Assembly: GCA_903823865.1 (NCBI GenBank) | Contig: CAIJUJ010000033.1 | Location: 1 to 43,866 of the forward strand | Origin: an uncultured bacterium | GTDB taxonomy: Bacteria > Patescibacteriota > Minisyncoccia > Phycocordibacterales > GWA1-40-21 | Reading direction: 5' to 3' | Length of the DNA stretch: 43,866 nt | Shown: piece after piece, positions 1 to 10,367 of the stretch | Position numbering within the stretch: the stretch's first letter is position 1 | How the letters are laid out: each line of letters opens with the position of its first letter | Translations under genes and position numbers: made by a program | Notes under the pieces: generated by a model | Databases searched by the model: none | Seen by the model: only the letters and a program-made list of their open reading frames with translations | What the model was told of the DNA's origin: nothing

Positions 1-162
1 AAGCTGCCTTACCAAAAGCATATCTGTTATTTCCTGTATGGGCACAAAGTAATGGGACAATATATCCTGATTGGTTTAGTAATACTGGCAGCAACTATCG
101 TGATATTAATTTTATTTATCACTAAAAAGAAATTTAATAATACTATTAAAAATAAGACCTGA
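1..162 (+). CDS. Partial CDS or small protein ending in a hydrophobic helix plus basic tail
   Basis: Frame 1 is open from the window edge to TGA 160-162 (…GQYILIGLVILAATIVILILFITKKKFNN…) and is followed by a terminator. The frame is uncertain because frame 3 is also open to about 125. Confidence 0.35.
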   Translation, partial: KLPYQKHICYFLYGHKVMGQYILIGLVILAATIVILILFITKKKFNNTIKNKT

Positions 163-190
163 CTGATATTGAAATTGGTCAGGTCTTTTA
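154..190. terminator. Bidirectional intrinsic terminator between convergent genes
   Basis: AAGACCTGAC…GTCAGGTCTT stem with A/T-rich flanks. Confidence 0.7.
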
Positions 191-197
191 ATTTTAA

Positions 198-1310
198 TTA
201 TTTCACAAAATTTAATCCCATCTTCTGATTCTTTGGTTCAAAAACGTTGATTTTGAAAGTGTAGCTTTTACCCAAACTTATTTTTTCTTTCATTTTTGCT
301 TCTGAGCCAAAATCTGAAATATGAACAAGTCCTGAAACTCCTTCTTCAATACTTGCAAGAGCCCCATATTTGTTAAATTTGATAATGACAGCTTCAATCT
401 CATCACCTTTTTTGTATTTCTTTTCTGCTTCTGTCCAAGGATTTGGTTTGAGTGCCTTTATAGAAAGTGAAACTTTTCCGTCTTTTACTTCTATAACTTT
501 TACATTTACTTTATCGCCAATTTTAAACATTGCTTTTGGATCTTCTACAAGTGCCCAGTCGATTTCTGAAATGTGAACAAGTCCCTCAAGTCCATCTTCA
601 AGTTTGACGAATACACCGAAGTCCACTGTTCCTGTAACTTCACCAATAAATATATCCCCGACTTTATATTTGTCGGCTTTCTTTTGATTTTCTTTTTTCT
701 CAAGATTTTTCTCAGAGAAAATAAGTTTACCTTCTTTTGGAACTGCTGTAATAATTGCAACTGATATTTTTTGTCCAACAAGTTTTTTTAATTCTTCGTG
801 AATCTTGTCTTTATCTCCATCCAAAACTTTTGGATAGTGTTCTGATTTTAATTGGGAAGCGGGAAGGAAACCGATAATACCTTGCCATGAAATAATAAGA
901 CCACCTTTATTTGCTTCCTGAATTGGAAGTTCAAAAGTTGTTTTATTTTTAATTGCTTTGTCTGCTTCATCCCAAATAAGAGCTTGTCTTGCTTCTTTTA
1001 ATGAGATTTCTATATAACCTTCTTTGTTTATATGGTCTACAATTTTTGCAGAAACAGTGTCGCCGATGTTTAATTTTTTAATTACATCTCTAGCTGTAAT
1101 AAATTCTTTTCCGTAAATAATACCTGTTCCGTATGGTTGTAAATCTACATAAACTCTAGACTTTTCTATTCCAATAACTTTTCCTTCAATAACTTCTCCA
1201 GCCATTGGCGGATTTTTTGTGTCATTGAAATACTTGGCCATCACACTGCTGTTTTTGGCTTTTGTTTTTTCGTCTTCTATTTTAACTGCCTTAATTTTTT
1301 CTTTTGCCAT
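198..1310 (-). CDS. rpsA: 30S ribosomal protein S1 (short, about 4 S1 domains)
   Basis: Repeated S1 motifs (FGVFVKL..GLEGLVHISEI, YGALASI..GVSGLVHISD). Start placed at MAKEK (1310); the upstream ORF extension covers the structured leader. Confidence 0.9.
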   Translation of the reverse strand: MAKEKIKAVKIEDEKTKAKNSSVMAKYFNDTKNPPMAGEVIEGKVIGIEKSRVYVDLQPYGTGIIYGKEFITARDVIKKLNIGDTVSAKIVDHINKEGYIEISLKEARQALIWDEADKAIKNKTTFELPIQEANKGGLIISWQGIIGFLPASQLKSEHYPKVLDGDKDKIHEELKKLVGQKISVAIITAVPKEGKLIFSEKNLEKKENQKKADKYKVGDIFIGEVTGTVDFGVFVKLEDGLEGLVHISEIDWALVEDPKAMFKIGDKVNVKVIEVKDGKVSLSIKALKPNPWTEAEKKYKKGDEIEAVIIKFNKYGALASIEEGVSGLVHISDFGSEAKMKEKISLGKSYTFKINVFEPKNQKMGLNFVK

Positions 1311-1327
1311 GTTTTTAAAAATGAAAA

Positions 1328-1411
1328 ATGCACCATCAAGGCGCATATGTTTTGACAAAAAGTTTCGCGTCATTTTACTCTTCCACGCGAGGTTAGCTTT
1401 CTGTGCAACCT
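1328..1411 (-). promoter_or_regulatory. Structured rpsA 5' leader (three hairpins)
   Basis: Stems AGGTT/AACCT, TCGCGT/ACGCGA and ATGCGCC/GGTGCAT lie between a TTGCAT-17-TATTGT promoter and the ATG. Confidence 0.5.
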
Positions 1412-1454
1412 TGTAATGTATAAACAATACATCAAATTAAAATTAAATGCAAAC

Positions 1455-1485
1455 GGGCGAATTTTCGCTCCGCGAAAATTCGCCC
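1455..1485. terminator. Perfect 14-bp hairpin (terminator or REP-like)
   Basis: GGGCGAATTTTCGC-TCC-GCGAAAATTCGCCC with A runs on both sides. Confidence 0.65.
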
Positions 1486-1548
1486 AAAAAATTGACAATA
1501 AAAAAAGAGAGCCGTTTCGTGGCTCTCGTTACGCTGCTTTCGCAGGAT

Positions 1549-1833
1549 TCATCTTTTATTCTTTTTCTTTCTTTTCTTTTTTCTTTCTTCCTCCCCTTTC
1601 TCTCTTTTCAACCTTTCCGCCCTTTCAATCTGAAGTGGTCTGATATAGGTCTCAAACCACTCCGCCGCCGCTCTCTGTTCTGCATTCATAAAACGGGGAC
1701 TTTTAGAACTTTTTTTACTAAGCTTTTTCAGCAAAGCTTTTTGTTGAGATTCTGATTCAATTTGAATCATTTTGTCAACGGCTTTCTTTTCTTTTTCATC
1801 TTTAACAATTACAAAAACAAACTTTTTTCTCAT
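1549..1833 (-). CDS. Small basic hypothetical protein (94 aa)
   Basis: Strong SD GGAGGAGG before the ATG; TTGACA-17-TAATCT promoter at 1922-1894; Lys/Glu/Arg-rich. Confidence 0.6.
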   Translation of the reverse strand: MRKKFVFVIVKDEKEKKAVDKMIQIESESQQKALLKKLSKKSSKSPRFMNAEQRAAAEWFETYIRPLQIERAERLKREKGEEERKKKRKKKNKR

Positions 1834-1991
1834 ACTAACCTCCTCCCCGATTTGGGGGACTTTGAATTTGTAACGAGAACTGCTTCCAAAGATAGATTAT
1901 TACCATTTATTGTATATGTCAAATATATATTTTGATAATTTATCTGAACATTTTTGGTTGATAATTTATTTAATTTTGCTATAATTAACCC

Positions 1992-2627
1992 ATGATAATA
2001 ACTTACCTAGGGGTGGAGTTTTTTAAAGTTCAATTTGGCGATACCACCATCGCTTTTAACCCTATTTCAAAAGATTCAAAATTTAAGCCAACCAGATTTT
2101 TTTCTGATATTGCGCTTGTTAGTATAAACAATCCAGATATGAATGGGACAGAAAATCTTTCCTACAACGGTAAAGATCCATTTGTTATTTCTGGTCCAGG
2201 AGAATATGAAGTTAAAGATATTTTTATAAAAGGTTTTGCTTCAAAATCTAATTATGGTGGAAAGGAAAGAATTAATACAATATATTCTGTAACATTAGAA
2301 AACATGAACTTGTGTTTTTTGGGTGCACTTTCTGATATTAATCTTTCAACTGAAGTAAAAGAAGCGCTCGGTGATGTTGATATTTTGTTTTTGCCAATCG
2401 GGGATGATAGTGTGCTTGATGCTGGAAAAGCAGAAAAGCTATCTGTTGAAATTGAGCCGAAAATAATCATTCCTATGCATTTTGGCGAAGTTGGAATAAA
2501 GGATGCGTTGAAGAAATATTTGAAGGAAGCTGGTGAAGATGCAGTAAAGCCGATAGATAAATTGACGATTAAACGAAAAGATTTGGAAGGGAAAATGGGC
2601 GAAGTGATAGTTCTTTCAGAAGCATAA
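1992..2627 (+). CDS. MBL-fold metallo-hydrolase-like protein (Lactamase_B_3 type), degenerate metal motif
   Basis: ITYLG…F start, GPGEYEV, DILFLPIG and IIPMHF motifs; the HxHxDH position reads SINNPDMN. Confidence 0.8.
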   Translation: MIITYLGVEFFKVQFGDTTIAFNPISKDSKFKPTRFFSDIALVSINNPDMNGTENLSYNGKDPFVISGPGEYEVKDIFIKGFASKSNYGGKERINTIYSVTLENMNLCFLGALSDINLSTEVKEALGDVDILFLPIGDDSVLDAGKAEKLSVEIEPKIIIPMHFGEVGIKDALKKYLKEAGEDAVKPIDKLTIKRKDLEGKMGEVIVLSEA

Positions 2628-2642
2628 AATTTTGTAATCAGA

Positions 2643-2978
2643 ATGAAATTGGTAAATCAGATAAAAAAATTATCTTTTGAACAAAAAAGAATTTTAGCAA
2701 TTTCGGTGGCAGTTTTGTTAACAGTTATTATCATTATTATTAATTCATTAATTAATTCAGTATGGAAAGACGATAGTGTCGGTGCAGTAAAAAGTAAAAA
2801 TGACCCAATAAAATCATTACAACAATCAGTGTCAGAAATTATTAATCAAGCAAAACCAATAATAGACCAAACATTCGGTAGTTCAACACAAAACACAGCA
2901 TCTGGAACAGAACAAATAATAGGTCAGAACAATTCAACAAGTTCCAGTGTCAGTTCAAGTTCAAATATAGTACAATAA
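2643..2978 (+). CDS. Hypothetical single-pass membrane protein
   Basis: One TM helix and Ser/Thr-rich tail; in operon between the MBL gene and gyrA. Confidence 0.7.
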   Translation: MKLVNQIKKLSFEQKRILAISVAVLLTVIIIIINSLINSVWKDDSVGAVKSKNDPIKSLQQSVSEIINQAKPIIDQTFGSSTQNTASGTEQIIGQNNSTSSSVSSSSNIVQ

Positions 2979-2984
2979 AAAATC

Positions 2985-5435
2985 ATGAGTAAAGAAAAAG
3001 AAAATAGCGGAGAACATAAAGCGCTCTCAAATAGAAATATCGTAACAGAGATGAAAGAATCTTATTTGGATTATGCTATGTCTGTTATTACACAGAGAGC
3101 TCTTCCAGATATTCGCGATGGTTTGAAGCCAGTTCACCGAAGAATACTTTATGCTATGCATCAGATGGGCATTACCGCTGGGGCAAAAACTAGAAAGTCC
3201 GCATCAGTCGTTGGAGAAGTTATGGGAAATTATCACCCACACGGAGATGCTGCCATTTATGAATCTATGGTCAAAATGTCTCAAGATTTTGCTACCAGAT
3301 ACCCACTTATTATTGGTCAAGGAAACTTTGGAAACATTGATGGAGATTCTGCTGCGGCTATGAGATATACGGAGGCAAAAATGTCCAAAATTTCCAGCGA
3401 AATGCTCAAAGACCTTGAAAAAGATACGGTTGAATGGAGACCAAACTATGACAACACGAAAAAAGAGCCATCAGTTCTTCCATCTGCCGTTCCGAATCTT
3501 CTATTAAATGGAACACTTGGTATTGCCGTTGGTATGGCAACAAATATTCCACCGCACAATTTGGGCGAAGTTGTTGATGCTACTTTGCACCTTGCCGATA
3601 ATCCAGATGCTTCAACAGAAGATTTATTACAATTTATAAAAGGTCCAGATTTTCCAACAGGCGGAACAATTTTTAATCAAACAGATATCAATCATGCTTA
3701 TGCTACCGGACGAGGCGGAGTTGTGACACGTGGCCATGCAGAAATTGTTGAAGATAAAAAAGGAACTTTCCAAATTATTATTACCTCTATTCCTTACAGA
3801 GTAAATAAATCCGAGCTTATCATTGCAATTGCAAATCTTGTTCGCGACAAAAAAATAGAAGGAATAAAAGGTTTGCGAGATGAATCTGCAAAAGATATTC
3901 GTATTGCAATTGATTTGAAAAATGGCGCTCAACCACAAAGTGTATTAAATTATTTATATAAACACAGTCAGCTTGAAGAAACTTTTCACTTCAATCTTGT
4001 CGCGCTTGTAAATGGTGTGCCAAAGACGCTTTCTCTAAAAACATTTTTGGATGAATTTATTGAACACAGAAAAATTGTTATAAAAAGAAGAACAGAATTT
4101 GATTTGAAAAAAGCGGAAGCGCGTGAGCATATTTTACTTGGTTTGAAAAAAGCGCTCGATCATATTGATGAAATAATTAAGCTCATAAAGAAATCTAAAG
4201 ATGTCGATGATGCACGAGCACAACTTATGAAATCATTTAAGTTTTCTGAAATTCAGGCAAATGCGATTCTTGAAATGAAATTGCAAAAACTTGCTGGACT
4301 TGAAAGAAAAAAAATTGAAGACGAGCTCAAAGCCGTGCAAACACTCATTGAAGACCTAAAAGATATTCTTTCTAAGACTAAGAGAATTTTAAAAATTGTA
4401 AAAGACGAGCTTATTGAAATTAAGGCTAAATATGGTGATGAAAGAAGAACAAAAATTGTAAAAGGCGGAATAAAGTCATTCTCCGAGGAGGATTTGATAG
4501 CCGATGAGCCAAGCATGCTTGTTCTCACAGCTGGCGGTTATGTTAAAAGAACAAATCCAGACGAATACAGAAAACAAAGAAGAGGCGGTGTAGGCGTGGT
4601 GGATCTTGATACAAAAGACGAAGATTTTATTACACACTTCCTTACAGCTACAACTCACAATGATATTTTATTCTTTACTGATAAAGGAAAAGCGTACCAA
4701 TTAAAAATGTATGAATTGCCAGAAGGAAAGAGAGCAACAAAAGGAAAAGCAATTGTAAATTATCTAGCAATTTCTGGTGAAGAGAAAATTACCTCCGTTC
4801 TAGCAATGCCAAAAGAATTAAAAAATCTAAAACTTTCACTTATTTTAGTTACAAAAAATGGAACAACAAAGAGAGTTGATGCGGATGCATTTAAAGATGT
4901 TAGAAGAAACGGTCTGATTGCGATTACTCTTGATAGTGGAGATGAATTGAGGTCAGCTTTGTTTATGTCAGAAGGCGATCAAGTAATTCTTTCAACAAAA
5001 GAAGGACAAGCAATAAGATTTAAAGATAAAGATGTAAGAGTTATGGGAAGAAATGCGTCTGGTGTTCGCGGAATGAAACTTGATAAAGGTGATTCTATTG
5101 TTGGTGCTGATGTTGTGAAGAAAGAAATGAAGAACCCAGAATTTTTGGTAATCAGTGCAAATGGTTATGGAAAGAAAACTCCGCTCGATGAATATAAAGT
5201 TCAAGGAAGAGGTGGTTCCGGAATTATTACAATGAAAGTTACTGACAAGACGGGGAAAATAATTACTTCAAAAGTTGTTACAGATGAAGAAGATGAGATT
5301 GCAGCCATTTCAAAAAAGAGTCAGGTCATCAGAGTTGAAGTAAAAGAAATTCCAAGTTTAGGAAGACAAACACAGGGTGTAAGAATTATGAAATTACGAG
5401 AAGGGGATTCGATTGCTTCGGTGACGTGCATATAA
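2985..5435 (+). CDS. gyrA: DNA gyrase subunit A
   Basis: [28 protein letters not shown] catalytic Tyr, GyrA-box QRRGGVG, C-terminal beta-pinwheel repeats. Confidence 0.98.
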   Translation: MSKEKENSGEHKALSNRNIVTEMKESYLDYAMSVITQRALPDIRDGLKPVHRRILYAMHQMGITAGAKTRKSASVVGEVMGNYHPHGDAAIYESMVKMSQDFATRYPLIIGQGNFGNIDGDSAAAMRYTEAKMSKISSEMLKDLEKDTVEWRPNYDNTKKEPSVLPSAVPNLLLNGTLGIAVGMATNIPPHNLGEVVDATLHLADNPDASTEDLLQFIKGPDFPTGGTIFNQTDINHAYATGRGGVVTRGHAEIVEDKKGTFQIIITSIPYRVNKSELIIAIANLVRDKKIEGIKGLRDESAKDIRIAIDLKNGAQPQSVLNYLYKHSQLEETFHFNLVALVNGVPKTLSLKTFLDEFIEHRKIVIKRRTEFDLKKAEAREHILLGLKKALDHIDEIIKLIKKSKDVDDARAQLMKSFKFSEIQANAILEMKLQKLAGLERKKIEDELKAVQTLIEDLKDILSKTKRILKIVKDELIEIKAKYGDERRTKIVKGGIKSFSEEDLIADEPSMLVLTAGGYVKRTNPDEYRKQRRGGVGVVDLDTKDEDFITHFLTATTHNDILFFTDKGKAYQLKMYELPEGKRATKGKAIVNYLAISGEEKITSVLAMPKELKNLKLSLILVTKNGTTKRVDADAFKDVRRNGLIAITLDSGDELRSALFMSEGDQVILSTKEGQAIRFKDKDVRVMGRNASGVRGMKLDKGDSIVGADVVKKEMKNPEFLVISANGYGKKTPLDEYKVQGRGGSGIITMKVTDKTGKIITSKVVTDEEDEIAAISKKSQVIRVEVKEIPSLGRQTQGVRIMKLREGDSIASVTCI

Positions 5436-5556
5436 AAGTAAAACATAATAAGGGCGGGTACTTCGCGGTCGCCCTATTATTATTGACACAATTATTTGTA
5501 TGTGTTAATTTTAAAAAAGGGTAGTACAAAATACATAATTGTCCAAAGGAGGACAC

Positions 5557-5862
5557 ATGATTGGTGATATGAAAGAAATTAGTGTTTTTTTTCTTTTTAG
5601 ACTTGTCAAAATAAAAAATAAGTTACGGAAAGTTCAAGGAAATATAAAAAAGAACATCTCAGATTCGATAGTAAAAAGAAAGTTGATAAACGATACAATG
5701 AAGGAAATACGGAAAGTCGAAGAAGAAATTGTAAATTTGTCAAAATCAGCTAATAAAGAAAAAAAGGAGTGGCTAAAAAAAATGAAGGAAGAGGCAGCAG
5801 TAAAAGAAAGCTGCCTTAAAGCAAAATTTTTGGCTGAGATAGGAGACAGAACAAAAAAATAG
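5557..5862 (+). CDS. Small basic coiled-coil hypothetical protein
   Basis: SD AAGGAGG 5546-5552; TTGACA(5483)-17-TAATTT promoter; GC hairpins on both sides. Confidence 0.6.
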   Translation: MIGDMKEISVFFLFRLVKIKNKLRKVQGNIKKNISDSIVKRKLINDTMKEIRKVEEEIVNLSKSANKEKKEWLKKMKEEAAVKESCLKAKFLAEIGDRTKK

Positions 5863-5952
5863 TTTTACGGGCGGTCAGCAATGGCCGCCCTTTTTCTTTA
5901 TTTATCCACTAGCAAGATTTTTATTGTAAGGTTATAATATAGACATAAAAAA

Positions 5953-6480
5953 ATGTTTTCAGACCCTCAAAAAAATATTGAGCAATTCGGTTTAGGAAAA
6001 GGAAATTTCGTGGCCGATTTTGGTGCTGGTTCTGGTTTTTATACTTTTTCAGCTGCCGAAGCTGTTGGTGTTTCTGGAAAAGTCTATGCTGTAGATGTAC
6101 AAAAAGATTTATTAGTTAGACTTAAAAGTGAAGCAGTTAATGTTAGACATCTTAATAATATCGAGATTATTTGGGCAGACCTTGAACATGTCGGTGGTAC
6201 TAAACTTAGAGAAAAATCGATGGATGCGGTTATTGTTGCAAACACATTTTTTCAATTAGAAAATAAGGACAGTGCTTGCCTTGAAGTTAAAAGAATTTTA
6301 AAACAAAACGGCAGAGTACTTTTCGTTGATTGGTCAAGTTCTTTTGGTGGTATCGGCCCCCAGCCACAGAACGTTTTTTACGAAGAACTGGCAAAAAAAC
6401 TTTTTGAAAAGAATGGTTTTAAAGTTGAAAGGGATATAAGTGCTGGTGCGCAACATTATGGTATAATATTTAGAAAATAA
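5953..6480 (+). CDS. Class I SAM-dependent methyltransferase
   Basis: VADFGAGSG motif I, KVYAVD, RILKQNGRVLFVDW. Confidence 0.9.
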   Translation: MFSDPQKNIEQFGLGKGNFVADFGAGSGFYTFSAAEAVGVSGKVYAVDVQKDLLVRLKSEAVNVRHLNNIEIIWADLEHVGGTKLREKSMDAVIVANTFFQLENKDSACLEVKRILKQNGRVLFVDWSSSFGGIGPQPQNVFYEELAKKLFEKNGFKVERDISAGAQHYGIIFRK

Positions 6481-6483
6481 TAT

Positions 6484-7785
6484 ATGAATCCAACATCAAG
6501 TAAGTTCAAATTAATTCTCATGTTAGCGTTTGGTTTTTTTATTGTTTTTGGAATGATAGCTTTTTCAAGTTACAAAGCAACAAATCAAGTTAACACGACA
6601 ACAGAAATTAAAGTTTGGGGTACTATTGATAAAACAATTTTCGACTCTTATATAAAAAAATACCAGGAAGATAACAATATTAAATTTAATTTAACATACT
6701 CGTATAAAAGTATAGACACAATTGATGGTTTGTTGGTTGAGGCAATTGCTATTGGTAATGGCCCAGATGCTATTTTAATTCCGCAATCTTTAGAAAAAAG
6801 ATATTTGGATAAAGTATTGTTAATTCCGTTTTCAAATTTTTCAGAAAGAACTTTTCGAGATACCTTTATTCAAGAATCTGATTTATATATTTATCCAAAC
6901 GGTATTTTTTCACTCCCATTTTTTGTTGACCCAATGTTGATGTATTGGAATAAAGATATGTTTGCAACTGCTGGAATAGCTTTACCACCAACAAAATGGA
7001 GTGAATTTCCACAATTAGCAAGTAAATTATCCCAAAGTGATAGTAATGCAAACATTATTTCAAGTGCTGCTTCTCTTGGCGAATATAGAAACGTTGATAA
7101 TGCAAAGGCTCTTATTAGTACATTAATAATGCAAGCAGGTAGCCCAATTGTCTCATTTGCAAATAGTTCATTCAGTGCAGAATTAAAATTCCAGTCATCA
7201 AATGATGTTTTGGTACCTACTGTTTCAGCTTTGCAGTTCTATACTGATTATTCTAATCCAAAAAAATCAATTTATTCATGGAACAGGTCATTACCTTCGT
7301 CAAAACAATCATTTTTAAGCGAAAATTTGGCTACATATTTTGGTTTTTCTTCAGAATACCAGGATATAAAAGATAAAAATCCAAATTTGAATTTTGATGT
7401 TGCGATGATGCCACAAGTATTGGGACAAAAATCCAGCACTACATTTGGAAATATTTATGGTTTCTCCATATTAAAAAGCTCAAAAAACCCCGCGCTTACT
7501 TTTAGCTTGCTATCATCTCTTGTAGATTCTAATGCCGTGTCAGTTTTCTTAGGACTAACAAACTACGCGCCAGCTAGAAAGGATTTAATTTCTGTTGGAT
7601 CAACAGACCCTATTAAAACAATTTTTTATAATTCAGCATTAATATCAAAGGCCTGGATAGACCCGGATTCAAAACAAACTGACAAAATATTTCAAAATAT
7701 GGTTGAAAATATTACGACGGGGCAATTAGATATATCTGGAGCAGTATCAAAAGCAAATGGAGAATTAGACATTTTATTGTTATAA
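6484..7785 (+). CDS. Extracellular solute-binding protein (sugar ABC-type fold), membrane-anchored
   Basis: N-terminal TM, IKVWG, GNGPD, LMYWNKDMF…PPTKWSE, NFDVAMMPQ. Confidence 0.85.
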   Translation: MNPTSSKFKLILMLAFGFFIVFGMIAFSSYKATNQVNTTTEIKVWGTIDKTIFDSYIKKYQEDNNIKFNLTYSYKSIDTIDGLLVEAIAIGNGPDAILIPQSLEKRYLDKVLLIPFSNFSERTFRDTFIQESDLYIYPNGIFSLPFFVDPMLMYWNKDMFATAGIALPPTKWSEFPQLASKLSQSDSNANIISSAASLGEYRNVDNAKALISTLIMQAGSPIVSFANSSFSAELKFQSSNDVLVPTVSALQFYTDYSNPKKSIYSWNRSLPSSKQSFLSENLATYFGFSSEYQDIKDKNPNLNFDVAMMPQVLGQKSSTTFGNIYGFSILKSSKNPALTFSLLSSLVDSNAVSVFLGLTNYAPARKDLISVGSTDPIKTIFYNSALISKAWIDPDSKQTDKIFQNMVENITTGQLDISGAVSKANGELDILLL

Positions 7786-7809
7786 TTGTATTTGTTTAAA
7801 ATTAAAAAT

Positions 7810-8238
7810 ATGAAATACAAAAAAATTATTATATCCGGATTATTACTACTAACAATTTTTCCTGTGTTTGCTTTTGCCGCAGGTTTAATTCCTTGCGGAA
7901 ATGTTACGGTTACTGGTGGAAAAGTTAGCAATGATATTAATTCAGATGCTCACATGTGTACATTTACAGATATCATGACTTTTGTAAATAAAGCAATTAC
8001 ATGGTTTCTTGATGCATCAGTGTTCATAGCTGCTATAACCTTCACAATAGCCGGAGTAGATATATTATTTAATCCTTCAAATCCTGAAAAAATTAAACAG
8101 GGTTGGAGCATGTTTAGAAAGACAGTAATTGGATTGATTATTGTGCTTGGCGCATGGTTGGTGATTCACACACTCATTACGACTTTTGTACCTGATAGTA
8201 ATGCACCTGGTGGAGCATTACAGTTTTTGACAAAATAA
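7810..8238 (+). CDS. VirB2/TrbC-like pilin
   Basis: Signal peptide (VFAFAA), GLIPC…C, two hydrophobic helices separated by the charged loop NPEKIKQG. Confidence 0.7.
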   Translation: MKYKKIIISGLLLLTIFPVFAFAAGLIPCGNVTVTGGKVSNDINSDAHMCTFTDIMTFVNKAITWFLDASVFIAAITFTIAGVDILFNPSNPEKIKQGWSMFRKTVIGLIIVLGAWLVIHTLITTFVPDSNAPGGALQFLTK

Positions 8239-8264
8239 TTTATTATTAATTTTTATAAATAAAT

Positions 8265-8621
8265 ATGAAAGCAAGTATAATTAAAATATCAGCTGCAGTT
8301 TCAGTGGCATGTTTAGTATCAATTCCATTAATTGTTATGGCTCAAACCGTTCAAACAATTAACAATCCTTTGGGTGATAAGTACAATAATTTATCTGCTT
8401 TTATACCGTACATATTAAATTATGTTGTTAAAATTGCCGGAATTATTGCGATTGGTGCATTCATGTATTCTGGCTTTCTTTTTGTTAAATCAAGGGGCAA
8501 TCCAGAAGGTATTAAGACAGCAAAAACTACTTTTATGAATACATGTATAGGAGTTGCGGTTCTCCTAGGTGCCCAATTAATAGCTAATATTATACAGGGA
8601 ACAATAAGTAGCTTAAAATAA
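8265..8621 (+). CDS. VirB2/TrbC-like pilin
   Basis: Signal peptide, INNPL, YSGFLFV..RGNPEGIKTAK…IG pattern. Confidence 0.75.
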   Translation: MKASIIKISAAVSVACLVSIPLIVMAQTVQTINNPLGDKYNNLSAFIPYILNYVVKIAGIIAIGAFMYSGFLFVKSRGNPEGIKTAKTTFMNTCIGVAVLLGAQLIANIIQGTISSLK

Positions 8622-8624
8622 TTT

Positions 8625-9086
8625 ATGAGAAAAATACTTAAAATTTCACTTCTTTCTTTTGTTTTGTATATGTTTGCACATGGTTTGGTTTTTGCCATTA
8701 CTCCATTTGAGGATCCTAATGCTAATATTAATCCAGCGGGCCCTGCTCCAGTAGAGCAAACATTACACCAAGTTGTTTGTAACAATATTAGTTTTGTTAA
8801 AAATTTTAGTGACCTCGCCTATACTGTTGTTTACTGTTTCTTTAACACTGCCGTAGAAATTATTTTGGCCTTATCTATAGTAGTTTTTCTTTGGGGTATT
8901 TTTAGATTTTTGTCTTCTGAAGAAAAAAAGGAGGAAGGTAAGCAATTTATGTTTTGGAGTATCATTGGTATTTTTGTTATGGTATCTCTTTGGGGTTTGG
9001 TCAGTATATTGAAAAGCACTATTACTGTTAATTATGATACTCTAAATAATATTCCAGCAATTAAAATCCCAGATGTATTGAAATAA
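8625..9086 (+). CDS. VirB2/TrbC-like pilin
   Basis: FLWGIFRF…EEGKQFMFWSIIGIFVMVSLWGLV. Confidence 0.75.
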   Translation: MRKILKISLLSFVLYMFAHGLVFAITPFEDPNANINPAGPAPVEQTLHQVVCNNISFVKNFSDLAYTVVYCFFNTAVEIILALSIVVFLWGIFRFLSSEEKKEEGKQFMFWSIIGIFVMVSLWGLVSILKSTITVNYDTLNNIPAIKIPDVLK

Positions 9087-9215
9087 CTGATGGCAAATTA
9101 AGTATAAAATATGTTGATTGTATACTTGCTTGTTCATTAATATGGTTATATAATTATAATGTAATTTATATTGGTCGTTATTAGTTTGATTATTAATTTA
9201 TTAAAATAATATTTT

Positions 9216-9587
9216 ATGAAAAGAAAAATTTTAGCTTTTGTCGTTGCGGGTTTGGTACCATCAGTGTCGTTTGCTGCTGTTGCTATTACCACATCAGTAA
9301 GTGGTGGAGTATATGGTTTGTTAAAATGGTTTGGTGATATGTTAAGTTTGGTTGTTCCGTTGATCATATCTTTAGCCGTCGTATATTTTATTTGGCAGGT
9401 ATTTCGATACGCTATCGCTGGTAATGAAGAAGATAAGGCAAAAGCAAAAACCCATATGATATGGGGTATTGTAGGAATCTTTGTTATGGTTTCTGTTTGG
9501 GGTCTGGTTGGAATACTTACAAGTACTTTTGGTACCGCTGGTCAGTCTGCAATGACAGGACCATCTATTAACGTAATAGGACAATAA
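9216..9587 (+). CDS. VirB2/TrbC-like pilin
   Basis: YFIWQVFRY…KAKAKTHMIWGIVGIFVMVSVWGLV; paralog of the previous gene. Confidence 0.75.
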   Translation: MKRKILAFVVAGLVPSVSFAAVAITTSVSGGVYGLLKWFGDMLSLVVPLIISLAVVYFIWQVFRYAIAGNEEDKAKAKTHMIWGIVGIFVMVSVWGLVGILTSTFGTAGQSAMTGPSINVIGQ

Positions 9588-9593
9588 TAAATA

Positions 9594-9884
9594 ATGAATT
9601 TTTTGGTCCAAACAGTATATGCTGCTGAAAATCTTACAAGTAGTTCATTTGATTCGCTATTCGGAAAGATAATAAACAATATTGTTAACCCCGGAATAAC
9701 ATTATTTTTGGGTTTGGCAGTAGTATTTTTTGTATGGGGGTTGTTTGAGTTTATATCGAATGCTGCCCAAACAGAAAAAAGGGACCAGGGATATCAACAT
9801 ATGTTGTGGGGAATTATCGGAATTTTTATTATGATAGCCGCAAAAGGAATAATTAATATCATTTTGGCAACGGTTGGAGCATAA
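9594..9884 (+). CDS. VirB2/TrbC-like pilin
   Basis: FFVWGLFEF…RDQGYQHMLWGIIGIFIM. Confidence 0.7.
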   Translation: MNFLVQTVYAAENLTSSSFDSLFGKIINNIVNPGITLFLGLAVVFFVWGLFEFISNAAQTEKRDQGYQHMLWGIIGIFIMIAAKGIINIILATVGA

Positions 9885-9907
9885 AGAAAGTTAAATAGTA
9901 ATTTATA

Positions 9908-9940
9908 AAAAACACCTAATTTACTATAGGTGTTTTTTAT
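9908..9940 (+). terminator. Intrinsic terminator of the pilin cluster
   Basis: AAAAAACACCTA…TAGGTGTTTTTT. Confidence 0.75.
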
Positions 9941-9953
9941 TTTATATATTAAT

Positions 9954-9982
9954 TTGCATAATATATAAAATTATTGTATAAT
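9954..9982 (+). promoter_or_regulatory. Sigma70 promoter of rnpB
   Basis: TTGCAT-17 nt-TATAAT, 6 nt upstream of P1. Confidence 0.8.
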
Positions 9983-9988
9983 TATTAT

Positions 9989-10326
9989 GCCTTTATATCG
10001 GATAACTACTCAAATAGTAATGTTTGGGAGGAAAGTCCGAACACTACCTAGATGTTAAAATTTAGGAGAAGGGTAGCGGGTAACGCCCGTCCATAGCAAT
10101 ATGAGAGGTGCGAACAGTGACGCCGATGCCGAAAGGCTAGGATTCCTTCGGGAATAATCTCATCGAGAGATGAGGGTGCAACGGCAAAATTCCTTACTTT
10201 AGTGCAAGGCCGTGCCTACCTCGTGTAGGAGCGCCGCTTGAGCCATTCAGTAATGTTTGGCCCAGATAGATGGTTATCTCGTTGTAGTAATACAGCGAAC
10301 AGAATTCGGCTTATAGGTATAGAGGT
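9989..10326 (+). ncRNA. rnpB: RNase P RNA
   Basis: GAGGAAAGTCCGAA and AACAGAATTCGGCTTA (P4 with compensatory changes); P1 CCTTTATATC/GGTATAGAGG; followed by hairpin terminator 10333-10360. Confidence 0.95.
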
Positions 10327-10367
10327 TATGGAGGGGGCGCACCGAAAGGTGCGCCCTTTTCTCATTA

